DNA from: Roseibacillus sp.
Lineage (GTDB): Bacteria; Verrucomicrobiota; Verrucomicrobiia; Verrucomicrobiales; Akkermansiaceae
DNA: 64,000 nucleotides
Reading direction: 5' to 3'
NCBI GenBank assembly: GCA_051251855.1
Contig: JBPOGI010000001.1
Span: 96,001 to 160,000, forward strand
How positions within the stretch are numbered: the stretch's first letter is position 1; the number at the start of each line of letters is the position of its first letter. This document shows positions 26,754-37,295 of the stretch, in pieces. Below the pieces are notes generated by a model. The model was not told the DNA's origin. It made no database searches and worked only from the letters and a program-made list of their open reading frames with translations. A program made the translations under genes and the position numbers.

Positions 26754-27839
26754 ATGAAACAACCTCTTTCAATTATCATCCCAACTGTCAATCGGGGGGA
26801 GCTCTTTAGGAGCCCCTTGGAATCCGTCGTTTCCCAGTTGGAAGAGGGCGATGAGCTTATTATCTCGATCAATGGCCCTAGGGAGCCGGTCTTGAAAGTG
26901 TTGGAAGATTTCGAGCAGGAGCTTGCCGGAGTTGAGTTGAAGCTCGTTTGGCCAGAGTCGAAATTAAATATTTATCAGCATTGGAATTTTGTGATTCGGC
27001 AGGCCAAACATCGAGAGTGTGTTTTTGTTCATGATGATGAAATCTACCATAGTAGGCTCTTAGCAATCGCAAGAGAGGAATTTCTTGCAGACCAAGAAAC
27101 CACTTTGGTCACTGGCGGACATATTCGCGTAATTGCTCCGCAAATGAAATGTTTTCGCACGATAGCCTTCACCGAGAGAGAGGAGTTTCCGAAAGCTGAA
27201 TGGGTTGAGGCACAGAAGAATGCTGTTTTCCCTAAGTATGGGTGCACCGCCTACATTTTCCGGCGTCAATTAGACGGCTATTCCTTCTTTGAGCAGAACA
27301 CCCGCGTTTCTGACGCGCTCTTGATGTATTCTCAGAGTATGTCTGGAAAGGTCGTTCAGCGACCAGAGTTCTTTGGAACTCGCTTGCTGCACGCAGAGAA
27401 CACCTCCCACACCGATTACCTAGAGCCTGGGCATCGTGCCTATTGGGAGGGGTTGGCTGAATTAGCGCGTGAGTCTGATTGTGAGAGTCTCGTTCGAGCC
27501 GCACAAGAGGCTAAGGAGAGTGCCGCAGGCCTCTATTCGAAGAACGCCCTCCATGCCGCTTTACCTCGTGGAGACCGGCAAGGGTTTGAGGAATGTCTTC
27601 GACAGATCAAACTCGCCGGCGGCGCACCCACGAGCTCGTTGAAGATCCTTTCCCGCTTACCTCTTTTGTGGGCTTGGGGGCCGGTGCTCTTTCAGTTGGG
27701 CAAGGCTTTGAGGAATGCTCTGAAGCCAAAGTATGAAGGCTCTAGTGGAACTGAAATTTCAAGTGAAGAGCTTGAGAGCGACTTGGAATTGCAGGCCGGT
27801 ACTTGGAAGGTCTTTTGTGCTCGTGTCGGGCAACTTTAG
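26754..27839 (+). CDS. Family 2 glycosyltransferase
   Basis: LSIIIPTVNR, LESVVSQ, HWN, FVHDDE DxD-like motif. Confidence 0.8.
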   Translation: MKQPLSIIIPTVNRGELFRSPLESVVSQLEEGDELIISINGPREPVLKVLEDFEQELAGVELKLVWPESKLNIYQHWNFVIRQAKHRECVFVHDDEIYHSRLLAIAREEFLADQETTLVTGGHIRVIAPQMKCFRTIAFTEREEFPKAEWVEAQKNAVFPKYGCTAYIFRRQLDGYSFFEQNTRVSDALLMYSQSMSGKVVQRPEFFGTRLLHAENTSHTDYLEPGHRAYWEGLAELARESDCESLVRAAQEAKESAAGLYSKNALHAALPRGDRQGFEECLRQIKLAGGAPTSSLKILSRLPLLWAWGPVLFQLGKALRNALKPKYEGSSGTEISSEELESDLELQAGTWKVFCARVGQL

Positions 27840-27854
27840 AAATTTGGCAAAACT

Positions 27855-29048
27855 ATGGCACTGATATTAGATAAATCTGAGGAGATATCTTCCGAGAACT
27901 CGTTCCGCATTGGAGTTCTCGGTGATTGGTACCGTGGCTCAGATCTCGGTGATTCTCAGGATTGGTTCGATGGTATTTCTTCGGAATCTCTGGACCACCT
28001 CATTGTCAATGTGGAGGCTTGCTTGAGTGACTCGACTCATGAGCGGCGGATGAAGGCAGGCCCGTGCCTAAAGATGCCAACGAAGCGTGCTAAGGAGCTG
28101 CTAGGAAAAGCGAGTGAGGTTCTCGCAACTCTATCCAATAATCATATTTTTGATTACGGCCAAGGAGGCTTGAAAGAGACTCTATCAGCATTGCGTGAAC
28201 AGGGGATTCCCTTTGTGGGGGCAGGGATGAGCGAAGAGGAGGCTTGGAAGGTTGCTCGCATCCCGTGTGTTGAGAATGAAGTCGTCGTTATCAACTTCTC
28301 AGAGGGGGAGGACGATTCCGCTGCCAGAGGTCAGCGCGCGGGAGTATCAGGTTATGATGTCGCGCGGGTGGTTAATTCGGTCCATAAAGAAAAGGCTGCA
28401 GGAAATGGCGTTGTGGTCATTTTTCATGGAGGACGAGAAAGGGTCAATCTACCGCCTCCATACGTTCAGCGTCTCTTTCGGTCCCTGGCTGAAGCAGGAG
28501 CGGATTGCGTGATAGGGCATCATTCCCATGTTCCTCAACCTTGGGAAGAATGGAATGGAAAGGTTCTTTTCTATAGTATTGGCAATTCACTCTTTGACTA
28601 CCGGAATCCTTCGGGTTTACAGGCAACGGGCTTGCTTCCTCGTATTCGTTTTTCAAGCTCAGCCCAGGTGGTTTCGATTGAGGTTGATGCTTTTGAGTCG
28701 AAGCAAGGAAGGTTAGTTCCTCTGGTGGCATCCTCTGGCTTGTTTAAACATCTTGCAGAAGGAGCCTGCTTCTTGAGAGAAGAAGGGAGGATTGAGGAGT
28801 CCTGGAATATTGAGTGTCAGCGACAGAAAGCGCTTTCCAAAAAGAGTCTTCTTAGATTGTTCGTTCTTGTCGCTCTTACTCCGCTGCGAGTCCGAAAGGG
28901 TGCCAAAGGATTACGTGCTTTTGTGGGCACAGTAGCTCACCAAGAGTTTTTAACGAGAAGGTTAAGCTTTCTTCTAGAGCCTGAATCAAATGTCAATCCA
29001 AGCGAGTTGGATGCCTACTTGAGTCGAAAGAATATCGAGCGATTATGA
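27855..29048 (+). CDS. CapA/PgsA-family metallophosphoesterase-fold protein
   Basis: LGD, NVE, LSNNHIFDYG, FHGGRE, GHHSHVPQ, YSIGN. Confidence 0.85.
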   Translation: MALILDKSEEISSENSFRIGVLGDWYRGSDLGDSQDWFDGISSESLDHLIVNVEACLSDSTHERRMKAGPCLKMPTKRAKELLGKASEVLATLSNNHIFDYGQGGLKETLSALREQGIPFVGAGMSEEEAWKVARIPCVENEVVVINFSEGEDDSAARGQRAGVSGYDVARVVNSVHKEKAAGNGVVVIFHGGRERVNLPPPYVQRLFRSLAEAGADCVIGHHSHVPQPWEEWNGKVLFYSIGNSLFDYRNPSGLQATGLLPRIRFSSSAQVVSIEVDAFESKQGRLVPLVASSGLFKHLAEGACFLREEGRIEESWNIECQRQKALSKKSLLRLFVLVALTPLRVRKGAKGLRAFVGTVAHQEFLTRRLSFLLEPESNVNPSELDAYLSRKNIERL

Positions 29049-30826
29049 TTAGAATTCTCCCTAAATCTCAGGAGGCAGGCAGTAGCTCTGCTGTCGTTGA
29101 TATGTTCGCCAAGTTGCCAAACTATTGGTCTCGCGAGGATCATTTTGATAGCATCATGGTTGAGCAGTTTCGTTTCGACAAGAGGGAAGAGTGGGACAAA
29201 GCGGAAAGTGCCTGCGGACGATGGCACCTATGGATTGAGGGGCGCCCGTTTTTAGATGGGGCGCCTCGGAAAGGGAAGCATGTGGTTGCCGAGCTTTTGA
29301 CGGCTATCATTGACTCGGGAAGCCTCGCCGAGACCCTTTTGCGTTGTGACGGAGGAGCTACCGCCTTTTTCTTTGATCGCGAGAAAGAGCTCTTAGAGGT
29401 CGCAACAGATCTCATTGGTCTATACCCCGCTTTCGTCTTTAATAATGGTCAGAGTGGACTCTCTACTCATTCTGAGTGGTTGGCTGAGGCTTATTCTGGT
29501 TCTCTTACGTTCGACGAGCTCAGTCTTGTCGAGCAGATCTATCATAGCTCAGTTTCGCCACCTTACACTTTCTACAATGAAATGAGGGAGCTGAGCCCAG
29601 CTCTGCATCAAGTTTGGTCTGTCAGCAACGGTTTGAAAGAGCTTTCGAGCGAAGTCTATTGGACTCCAAGAGTAGGAAGCGATCTTTCGTATGAGGACTC
29701 GGTTAAGCTCTTGGCAGAGGGCTTGGAGGAGTCCGTAGTTTTACGAACAAAGGACAGCGGAAAAAAGACGATCTTACTATCGGGTGGCGCAGACTCGCGG
29801 CTCATCTTGGGTGCTAATCAGGAGCCAGAACAAACCTCGGCCATCACCCTCGTTGATGCTCCCAATCCTGAATCAGAGATTTCAAAAAAATTAGCCCAGA
29901 TTGGGCAAGTGCAGCATGAGGTCATTATTCGAGAGAAAGACCACTACAGTAAAACGGCTAGTCTTGCCCTCGACATTGCTGGAGGCTTCGGCTCGCCGAT
30001 GGATAATCATATTCTTAGCCTACTTGAGGACCCGAGAATCAAAGATGCAGATACTATTTTGACAGGATGTCATGGGGACTATTTCTTTAAATCTGTATTT
30101 CTCCCGAAAAAGAGCGTTAAGGTCCTAGGACGCAGCATGCCGATTAAGACCCTGGCAAAAGAGCCTTTCTTGATGCCGAATCATATCCCCGAAATCAGTG
30201 TGGAACTTCGTGAAATGCTTCAAGAACGGTGGGAGAAGAGGTTGTATACTTGGCAATCCCTAGCCCCAGAAGGAGAGTTAAACGCGTTGGAAGCCAGTCG
30301 AGTTATGCCAATGTCCCGCGAGATTGACTCCCTATTCAGGACCCCAATGGCGAGGATTCTTCCGTGGGATCCGCTCTTCTACAGCCGGAAACTTCTAGAC
30401 CTCATGTGGCGTATTCCTGTTCCCTATAAGGTTGATGGAGTATACTATGAAAAAGCGGTGAAGGAGGTTGTTGGCGGTGAACTCTCAAAGGTCAAGAATG
30501 CGAATTACGGGTCTCCGTTGGGTGCGTCGGCGGCTTTAAAAACTGGATACTATCTTCTGTTGTTGGTTAGAAAGTATCTCGTAAAAAAAGAGGGGTTATC
30601 GAGTAGCTCATGGCCCAATTATAAGACGCTTCTTCAATCGGACTCTTTTTTACGTTCAGTTTTTGAAAATACGGCAAACGTCGATAATAATTTGCAAGTA
30701 GTTCAAGAGTTGGGTCAAGCGGTTTGCAATAATAGCACTCGTTTAAGTATTGATGTTACATACAATGCTTTAGGTGTTTATATCTGGTTAAATGAAAATA
30801 ACACAAAAAATAAAAAATATAGTTAA
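29045..30826 (+). CDS. Asparagine synthase-related ATP-dependent amide-bond-forming enzyme
   Basis: TDLIGLYP, TFYNEM..L.PA, LLSGGADSR PP-loop, LTGCHGD; no N-terminal Cys. Confidence 0.75.
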   Translation: MIRILPKSQEAGSSSAVVDMFAKLPNYWSREDHFDSIMVEQFRFDKREEWDKAESACGRWHLWIEGRPFLDGAPRKGKHVVAELLTAIIDSGSLAETLLRCDGGATAFFFDREKELLEVATDLIGLYPAFVFNNGQSGLSTHSEWLAEAYSGSLTFDELSLVEQIYHSSVSPPYTFYNEMRELSPALHQVWSVSNGLKELSSEVYWTPRVGSDLSYEDSVKLLAEGLEESVVLRTKDSGKKTILLSGGADSRLILGANQEPEQTSAITLVDAPNPESEISKKLAQIGQVQHEVIIREKDHYSKTASLALDIAGGFGSPMDNHILSLLEDPRIKDADTILTGCHGDYFFKSVFLPKKSVKVLGRSMPIKTLAKEPFLMPNHIPEISVELREMLQERWEKRLYTWQSLAPEGELNALEASRVMPMSREIDSLFRTPMARILPWDPLFYSRKLLDLMWRIPVPYKVDGVYYEKAVKEVVGGELSKVKNANYGSPLGASAALKTGYYLLLLVRKYLVKKEGLSSSSWPNYKTLLQSDSFLRSVFENTANVDNNLQVVQELGQAVCNNSTRLSIDVTYNALGVYIWLNENNTKNKKYS

Positions 30827-31505
30827 GAGGTTCTGCTACACTCCGAATTCTCTAAGGCATGACTTGGAAGGGGAGCTCGTATTTCAGCACCTACAAGAAC
30901 ATGGACCTTTCGAAATGTTGGTTGATGCCGGAGCTGGTGGAGGCGGCTATACGGTAGAAATTTTACGAAGAGGTATCTCACGAAAGGTGGTGGCCGTTGA
31001 GTCGGATTCAGCAAACTTTGAAGTTTTGAAAAATCGAGCATTGGATTTCTCTGGTCAAGTTGAAATCCACGAATGCTATTTAGAAGACACCCCAGTAGAA
31101 AACGGATCCGCCAGCGCTGTGATTTGCAATCAGGTTTTGGAGCACATCGAAGACCATCAGCGGGCCGCCCAAAAGCTGGTGAATATGCTGGCACCCGGTG
31201 GACTTTTGGTCGCTAGTGTGCCGCGTTCGCCAGTGGCATTGCCTCAAGTGGGTCATGTGAGAGATGGCTACACAGAGCAAGAATTTGAGGACCTTTTTGC
31301 GAGCATTGGGATGGAGAAAATCTGTTTTGATTGGTTTTACACCGAAGAAACTCAGGCGCTTCGAGGTAAGCTCAGGTCAATGAGGCAACGAAATATCTAT
31401 CCGCCGAAGATCTTCTTCTCAGCTAAGGAGCTTGAACTTTCGCCCGAGGAACGCTCTAAACGCAAACCCATGGGTTTAATACTCGTGGCTCGAAAAAAGA
31501 GCTAA
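30792..31505 (+). CDS. Class I SAM-dependent methyltransferase
   Basis: VDAGAGGG, QVLEHIED, LAPGG, HVRDGY. Confidence 0.85.
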   Translation: MKITQKIKNIVKRFCYTPNSLRHDLEGELVFQHLQEHGPFEMLVDAGAGGGGYTVEILRRGISRKVVAVESDSANFEVLKNRALDFSGQVEIHECYLEDTPVENGSASAVICNQVLEHIEDHQRAAQKLVNMLAPGGLLVASVPRSPVALPQVGHVRDGYTEQEFEDLFASIGMEKICFDWFYTEETQALRGKLRSMRQRNIYPPKIFFSAKELELSPEERSKRKPMGLILVARKKS

Positions 31506-31548
31506 TTTATGAGGAGCCCATTCACTCAATTTTAATAAATATCTCCGT

Positions 31549-33021
31549 ATGGACAGCAAGAAAATTTTAACGGGCGTCATCGCAGTCGGCGCGCTGTTTC
31601 TCTCTCTTCTTATCATTCAGTCAGTATTGACTGGCGGAGGGAACTCATTGAGTAAGCTTTTTCTCTATCTATCAATTGGTGGTGCTGTTTGCGGTTTCGT
31701 TAATCCAAAAGCTGGAATCTTTTTCCTAATTATCATGGGGTTCTATCTCGATATGATGAAGAGATTTCTAATTATCGAGGGTGTAGTTGGGATTATTGAT
31801 TTGGTTCAAATTTTAGCGTTAGCTCCAATTACTTTTGCGGGGATGCTCGCAGGACAATGTGTGAGGTGTCTTTTTGGGAAGGACTCCTTTAATAGAAGGG
31901 AGGCAGTTGCCTTCGCTTTTAGTGTTTTATTGTCGGTCGCGGTGCTTGGGTTGAGTCTCCTTAAGCAAGGATTTGGCATTCGGGCCATTGCAGAGGCGGG
32001 TAGTCAAGCCGCGTATATCTCATTTGTCTGGTTAGGATTCTACTATTTCGATACTGCCGAAAAGAGGCATAAGTTCTTTCGCTTTGCCCTCCTCTGGTTT
32101 GTTCCGGTGGTGATCTATGCCTACAAGCAGCTAATATTTGGATACTCCGACCTGGAATACGACTATGCACTTTCTGGTTTAACCATTGTTCAAAATCCTT
32201 TGCTCGAAGGGCGCATTGAATACTACCGAATCTTCTCGACGATGAGTTCGTCGGGTGCGTATGGACTCATGACAATTTTGATCGGGGCTTATGGCCTGTT
32301 GGCCTTCTCCGATAGCAATAAGAGCGTGGTTTTCTTAGCGAAACTTTTTGGAGTCATTTGTTTAGCAAGTTTGATTCCTGGAGCCGGTCGAACAGGTTGG
32401 GCAATTGCAATTATTATTGTCTTGGGCTCGTTTATGTTCAGACGCCGAGTGACCACGTTCCTTGTCTACGGTGGCGCTGCTCTGTTGCTGACTGTGTTGT
32501 TTTTGAAAGGAGATCAACTTATTGAAACGAGTGCGAATGCGGTGTCCGGATTAGCTGATAGCGAGTGGGAAGCTCGCTCTCTTCAGGTTGGTAACTTTGC
32601 AGTTCGCGCCGAAGGTATCAAAAACTGGACCACGAATCCAAACTACTTTTCTTGGTTTGGACTAACTGAGGAAGAAAAGGAAGGCTCTGGTGTTCATGAT
32701 ATGCTTGGAGAAATTTACGTCGGCTTTGGCGCTGTTGGCTTATCCATAACCATCATAACCGGGGTCTCATTACTAATTTTTACGCACAGAAGAGTGTTTT
32801 TCATGAAGTCGGAAGAAGATAAAAAGTTTCTCGCTTTTCTATTATCTTTGATATTTGGTTTGTTGCTAGGGAGTATTGTTTCTGGAGGAGGTATTCGTAT
32901 ATTTCCGGTCGTATTCTACTTTTGGGCTTTCGTTGGCATGGTTTGCGTGATGTCCTTTGCTAGGAAAACTGAAAAATTGGAGGAGGAGGTCGGTGGGGAT
33001 GATGTGATTAAGATAACTTGA
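31549..33021 (+). CDS. Wzy-like polysaccharide polymerase / O-antigen ligase-fold membrane protein
   Basis: About 12 TM; RIFSTM, GRTG, loop R...HD pattern; located within a Wzx-containing locus. Confidence 0.65.
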   Translation: MDSKKILTGVIAVGALFLSLLIIQSVLTGGGNSLSKLFLYLSIGGAVCGFVNPKAGIFFLIIMGFYLDMMKRFLIIEGVVGIIDLVQILALAPITFAGMLAGQCVRCLFGKDSFNRREAVAFAFSVLLSVAVLGLSLLKQGFGIRAIAEAGSQAAYISFVWLGFYYFDTAEKRHKFFRFALLWFVPVVIYAYKQLIFGYSDLEYDYALSGLTIVQNPLLEGRIEYYRIFSTMSSSGAYGLMTILIGAYGLLAFSDSNKSVVFLAKLFGVICLASLIPGAGRTGWAIAIIIVLGSFMFRRRVTTFLVYGGAALLLTVLFLKGDQLIETSANAVSGLADSEWEARSLQVGNFAVRAEGIKNWTTNPNYFSWFGLTEEEKEGSGVHDMLGEIYVGFGAVGLSITIITGVSLLIFTHRRVFFMKSEEDKKFLAFLLSLIFGLLLGSIVSGGGIRIFPVVFYFWAFVGMVCVMSFARKTEKLEEEVGGDDVIKIT

Positions 33022-33106
33022 TTTTTATAATGTTAAAATGGTTAACTGTATTGTTGTGCCGACTTCGGTATTGAAAATGGCTGTTTCCACCAATCGATAG
33101 AATATT

Positions 33107-34222
33107 TTGACAATAGACAGGACAACAATTCAGGGGATCGATATTCTGCGCTTCTTTTTTGCCTTCATGGTATTGGTCGCTCATGGGGTCGAGGCGATAA
33201 AAGGATACTCTCGCTCAGTTCTTAGTTTGGAGTTAGGAGGCTGGACTACTTGGCTTGCCCCGGGAGGCTTTTGGGTTGGAGGCTTTTTTGTGTTGTCGGG
33301 TTTTTGTATTGCCCTGAGTCTTCGGAGGACTGTGGAGTCAGGAAAGTATTCTAAGAAAACTTTCGTTCTCCAGCGTATTACCAGAATTTATCCTCTGTAT
33401 CTCGTCGGATTGATAGCGTCGATAGGAGTGTTTTCTCTTTTGGGTGAGGGTGGTTTTCCTTGGGAGTCCCTCGCGGCCAATATCTTCTCACTGCAAGGCT
33501 TTGTTGCCGAACCCTTTCCATTCTACGAGCCTTCTTGGAGCATCGCCTATGAGATGGTGTATTACTTGCTGGTGCCGATCTTCTTGAGTAGCGCCAAGCC
33601 AGATTTAAAAAGATATTTTTGGGTGGTCTCGATAGTGATGGTCTGTGCCTCTTTTTTGTTTGGACTTACTTGGAAAATCCTTCTTGATGAAGCTAATTGG
33701 ATGATTCCTCTGTGGACCGTGCCTTGGTCAGGTCTCATGTGGATGATTGGATTTGGTGGGGTGGTCTATAATGATTCTTCTTTACCTCGGAAACTTGGCT
33801 TCCTGTTCAGGCCCAATTTCATTCTGGCTATCGCAATACTGAGCCTATGCTACCTCTATCGAACTTTCGGTCTAATGTCTGGATGGCCGTCAGTAGTTCG
33901 GTTCCTCGCTGGTCCACTGGTCGGTTATGGGTTTTTACTTTTGGTTCTCAGTTTGCCTAAGTGGCCAAAAATAGGTTCTTCGCGTTTAAAGATTTTTTCA
34001 CAATGGGCAGGTCTTTTGAGTTATCCATTGTATCTTCTTCACATGCCACTGCAGACAGTTGTTATGGAAGTGTGTAGGTCTTATCAGTTGAATAATTTAG
34101 TGGACGTTCTTGTTTTGATGATTCTTATTCCTTTAACAGTATGCGGGACGCTTGGAGTGGCGCTGGAGAGAGCAATTCTCGAGTGGAGAAAAAAAGTTCT
34201 GAAAAAACAAAGTTTAAAATAG
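33107..34222 (+). CDS. Acyltransferase-3 (OafA-like) membrane O-acyltransferase
   Basis: IDILRFF..MVLVAH, FFVLSGF, RITRIYP, WSIAYEMVYY, SYPLYLLH. Confidence 0.9.
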   Translation: MTIDRTTIQGIDILRFFFAFMVLVAHGVEAIKGYSRSVLSLELGGWTTWLAPGGFWVGGFFVLSGFCIALSLRRTVESGKYSKKTFVLQRITRIYPLYLVGLIASIGVFSLLGEGGFPWESLAANIFSLQGFVAEPFPFYEPSWSIAYEMVYYLLVPIFLSSAKPDLKRYFWVVSIVMVCASFLFGLTWKILLDEANWMIPLWTVPWSGLMWMIGFGGVVYNDSSLPRKLGFLFRPNFILAIAILSLCYLYRTFGLMSGWPSVVRFLAGPLVGYGFLLLVLSLPKWPKIGSSRLKIFSQWAGLLSYPLYLLHMPLQTVVMEVCRSYQLNNLVDVLVLMILIPLTVCGTLGVALERAILEWRKKVLKKQSLK

Positions 34223-34231
34223 CAAATAGAA

Positions 34232-34759
34232 ATGACCAATAAACAACTATCAAAAATTAATTTGGGTTGCGGTACTGACTACCGCGAAGGATTCGTGAAT
34301 GTTGATGGAAGTAGTTCTATTCCAAAGGTGGATAAGATTATTGATATCGGTAAAGAATCACTTTTCGACCATTTCAATAAAAATGAAGCTGAGTTCATAT
34401 TAGCGCAGGATATTATCGAGCATCATTACCATTGGATCGGCCAAGGTATCATGGAAGAGTGTTTCGAAATTCTAGCTCCCAATGGTGAGTTAGAAATACG
34501 TGTGCCCGATATGAAGTTCATTATTCTAAATCCGCTCTATTCGATTGAGGAGAAGGTGCGTTTGATTTTCGGCGGCCAAGACATCCCTAACGGAAATTTT
34601 GCTCATATGGATGAGTCACGTAAGCTGTATCCGCAGTATTTTTGCCACAAGTATGGATGGACAAGGAAGTCGATGCGATTCCATCTCGAACGAATGGGCT
34701 TCCGTTCTGTAAGTTTTAAGCGGCAAAAAAGTAATATGGTTGCCACTGCTTTAAAGTAA
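34232..34759 (+). CDS. Small SAM-dependent methyltransferase
   Basis: INLGCG....GFVNVD, IIEH, LAPNG.LEIRVPD, HKYGWT. Confidence 0.8.
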   Translation: MTNKQLSKINLGCGTDYREGFVNVDGSSSIPKVDKIIDIGKESLFDHFNKNEAEFILAQDIIEHHYHWIGQGIMEECFEILAPNGELEIRVPDMKFIILNPLYSIEEKVRLIFGGQDIPNGNFAHMDESRKLYPQYFCHKYGWTRKSMRFHLERMGFRSVSFKRQKSNMVATALK

Positions 34760-34932
34760 TAGGAATTTGCATGGCTTTCGAATTCAACCTCGAGAAAAGT
34801 CTTATTGAAGGAAAGCCAAGATAGACAAAAACTATTTACCGAGTGAAACGTTTTGGTTTGGTAAAAAAAATCACGCCTACGTAAATTAGAATATTTAGAT
34901 GCGATTCAATAAAACTATTCGTTTTAGCTGCT

Positions 34933-36102
34933 TTGAAAAGTAATAGCTTTATACTGGTGGCTCGCTCTGCCAAAGAAACAGATCCTCTTACCCGAAGGAT
35001 TCTGATGGCGTTTCGTAGCCAACCTAAAAGGTTAGACTCGTTTTCTTTGATCTGCCGAGAGTCAAATATTGATGACGTTGACTTCGTGAAATTGAGGGCG
35101 CCTTTGTTTTCTTTTTTTGACTATCTTAACTATTTCTTTTTCCAATCGTTTGCCTTTCTTCGGCGAAAGAGCTGGAGGTCTGACGTGACGATTATCTCAG
35201 GAAGTCCATCCACGCTAAGTCCTGATATTGTTCTATCGAATTTCAGTCATCGTGAATATTTTCGTCAGGTGGTTTCGTCACCAGATGTAGATGTTCGTGA
35301 ATCTGTGAAGCTACTACGTGTTCTCTGGTTCAGTCTCTTTGAGGGAATGTTGCTTCGATTCGGAGGAGCAAAAATGTTTCTCTGTAATTCTCCTGGCCTT
35401 ACGGAGGAGGTTCGAAGTCGTTGTCCGGATGGTGTTCAGGTTGAGTATTTACCTAATGTTTTTAATCGAGAGAGATTTTCTCCTAAAGAAAGAATTCGTT
35501 TGCGTGAGAATGCGCGGCAAGAGTTTTCCTTCTCGGGTGACGAGTTTGTTTTCTCTTTTATGAGTTTTGGGCATCATCTTCGAAAGGGTTTTTTCTGCGC
35601 TGTTCGCGCTATCTCGCTAGTTAATCAACGACTTGCAGGTGAGGGAAAGACGAAGGTGAAGTTTTTGGTTATTGGGGGGGAGCGTTCAACGATTAGACGC
35701 TTGAAAAGGAAGATATCAAAGATTGATCCTGACTTTGAGGATTGGCTAGTTTTTAGCGGTTCGTGCACGGAGCCTGAGAATGTTTTGTCGGCATCAGATG
35801 CCTTCATTTTTCCGAGTTACTTTGACTCGACTCCAAACGCCGTAATCGAGGCTGCAGGTTTAGGGCTTCCACTGTTCCTCACTAATTTTTATGGGAGCGA
35901 AGTTTTGCTTCAAGAGAATGTGAACGGAAGGCGTATCTCTCATGACGAGAATGAAATTGCAGACGTCATTTTGAGCTATTTGGACTCAGAGGAGAGAGAG
36001 GCTTGTGGCGAGCTCAATTTTGAGCTGCATACCGAAGAGTCTTGGTCCAACGAATTTTTTGGCTACCTAGATAGCGTAAAGCTAAGTAACGAAGTGGGCT
36101 AA
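34933..36102 (+). CDS. Family 4 glycosyltransferase
   Basis: LPN, RKG, SDAFIFPSYFDSTPNAVIEAAGLGLP; TTG start uncertain. Confidence 0.85.
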   Translation: MKSNSFILVARSAKETDPLTRRILMAFRSQPKRLDSFSLICRESNIDDVDFVKLRAPLFSFFDYLNYFFFQSFAFLRRKSWRSDVTIISGSPSTLSPDIVLSNFSHREYFRQVVSSPDVDVRESVKLLRVLWFSLFEGMLLRFGGAKMFLCNSPGLTEEVRSRCPDGVQVEYLPNVFNRERFSPKERIRLRENARQEFSFSGDEFVFSFMSFGHHLRKGFFCAVRAISLVNQRLAGEGKTKVKFLVIGGERSTIRRLKRKISKIDPDFEDWLVFSGSCTEPENVLSASDAFIFPSYFDSTPNAVIEAAGLGLPLFLTNFYGSEVLLQENVNGRRISHDENEIADVILSYLDSEEREACGELNFELHTEESWSNEFFGYLDSVKLSNEVG

Positions 36103-36106
36103 CTCT

Positions 36107-37285
36107 ATGAAAAGTGTTTTTTATTCAACCACGAGAATGTGGAATCCGGGAGACGAGGTGATCTACCGTGGTGTTCGTAACGTCGTCACCGAGATACTGG
36201 GTCCCCATAGTTCCATTCTTTGGAACAGAAACCCAGGGGTGAAACCTTTCAATCAAGGTTTCGACAATAGTTTGGACCCTTGTCGTCACTTGTTGAAAAA
36301 TATTAGGCTGCTTGTTTCAGCAGGCGGGCCCGAATGGCTAGGGCCTAGGGTGGCAGGGGTCTATCGGCGAGTTGTTGCTGAGAAGTTGGACTGTGTCCAC
36401 ATGGGGATCGGTTTGGGGGCTCATCAGATTTCGATGACTCCGCTGGAGCTAGAGGTGCTTGGCGAGCGATCCCGTTTCGTATCTTGTCGCGACACTCGGA
36501 CCTATGATGTTCTTAAAGATATTGTGCCTGATGATAGGCTGTCCGTACTTCCTTGCCCCTCATTATTCTCATACATTCATGATTACAAAATCCATGAGAG
36601 CGAGAGCGTTAAGAAGGTAGGTATTAATTTTCAGTCTTCGAAAATGAAGTTTAACAACGTGAGTGGCTCTGCCTTTGAATCTTGTTTAAGAACTTATTTG
36701 GAAATTTGCAAAAAGTATGAAACGACCATCATTTGTAATTATATTGATGACTATGCTGAAGCAGTGCAAATATTCGATCCTGAGAGTGTTCGGTTTTCGG
36801 CTGATTCCGAGGACTTTTTGCATTTCTTCAGGGAGGTCGATTTAGTGATCGGAACTCGGATTCATGGTTGTATGGGCGCGATCGCATCGGGAACCCCGGC
36901 AATGATCATGGATAGTGAAAATGATGCCCGTCGACGAGGTGTTCGTGAAGTGATGGAGGTCCTACCTGCTGCTCCTTCAAATGACTCGGAGTTATATGAG
37001 CTAATTGATGAATTCTCCCCCCGTAAAGTTAGTGAAAAAAATCGAGAGTATCAGCTCGGTCAATTCAAGGTACTTGTTGATTCTTTGAATAGTAAGTTGC
37101 CAGACCTCCCAGAGATTCTTGCTACTTACGCTACCCCGTCATCTTGTGCAGTCGATTGGGAAGATGCCGTTGGGCGTATGGAATCTGGGAGTGTCTTGCC
37201 GTCTCGAGGCCTTAGTGAAAAGCTTGTAGGTGGAGCGACGAGGATTGCTCAGCTTATCGAGAAGGTTGAGAGAAGATGGCTGTAG
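36107..37285 (+). CDS. Polysaccharide pyruvyl transferase family protein
   Basis: NPGDE, AGG, GIG, SCRD, IGTRIHG..GAIASGTP. Confidence 0.82.
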   Translation: MKSVFYSTTRMWNPGDEVIYRGVRNVVTEILGPHSSILWNRNPGVKPFNQGFDNSLDPCRHLLKNIRLLVSAGGPEWLGPRVAGVYRRVVAEKLDCVHMGIGLGAHQISMTPLELEVLGERSRFVSCRDTRTYDVLKDIVPDDRLSVLPCPSLFSYIHDYKIHESESVKKVGINFQSSKMKFNNVSGSAFESCLRTYLEICKKYETTIICNYIDDYAEAVQIFDPESVRFSADSEDFLHFFREVDLVIGTRIHGCMGAIASGTPAMIMDSENDARRRGVREVMEVLPAAPSNDSELYELIDEFSPRKVSEKNREYQLGQFKVLVDSLNSKLPDLPEILATYATPSSCAVDWEDAVGRMESGSVLPSRGLSEKLVGGATRIAQLIEKVERRWL

Positions 37286-37295
37286 TTGCTTTCGT

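Noticed and set aside
27855..29048. CapA as evidence for a poly-gamma-glutamate capsule
   Set aside because: No capB/capC genes in the window
34760..34932. AT-rich gap with a 17-codon ORF, possible pseudogene or frameshifted GT4 start
   Set aside because: No homology-like motif; the downstream GT4 is already full length
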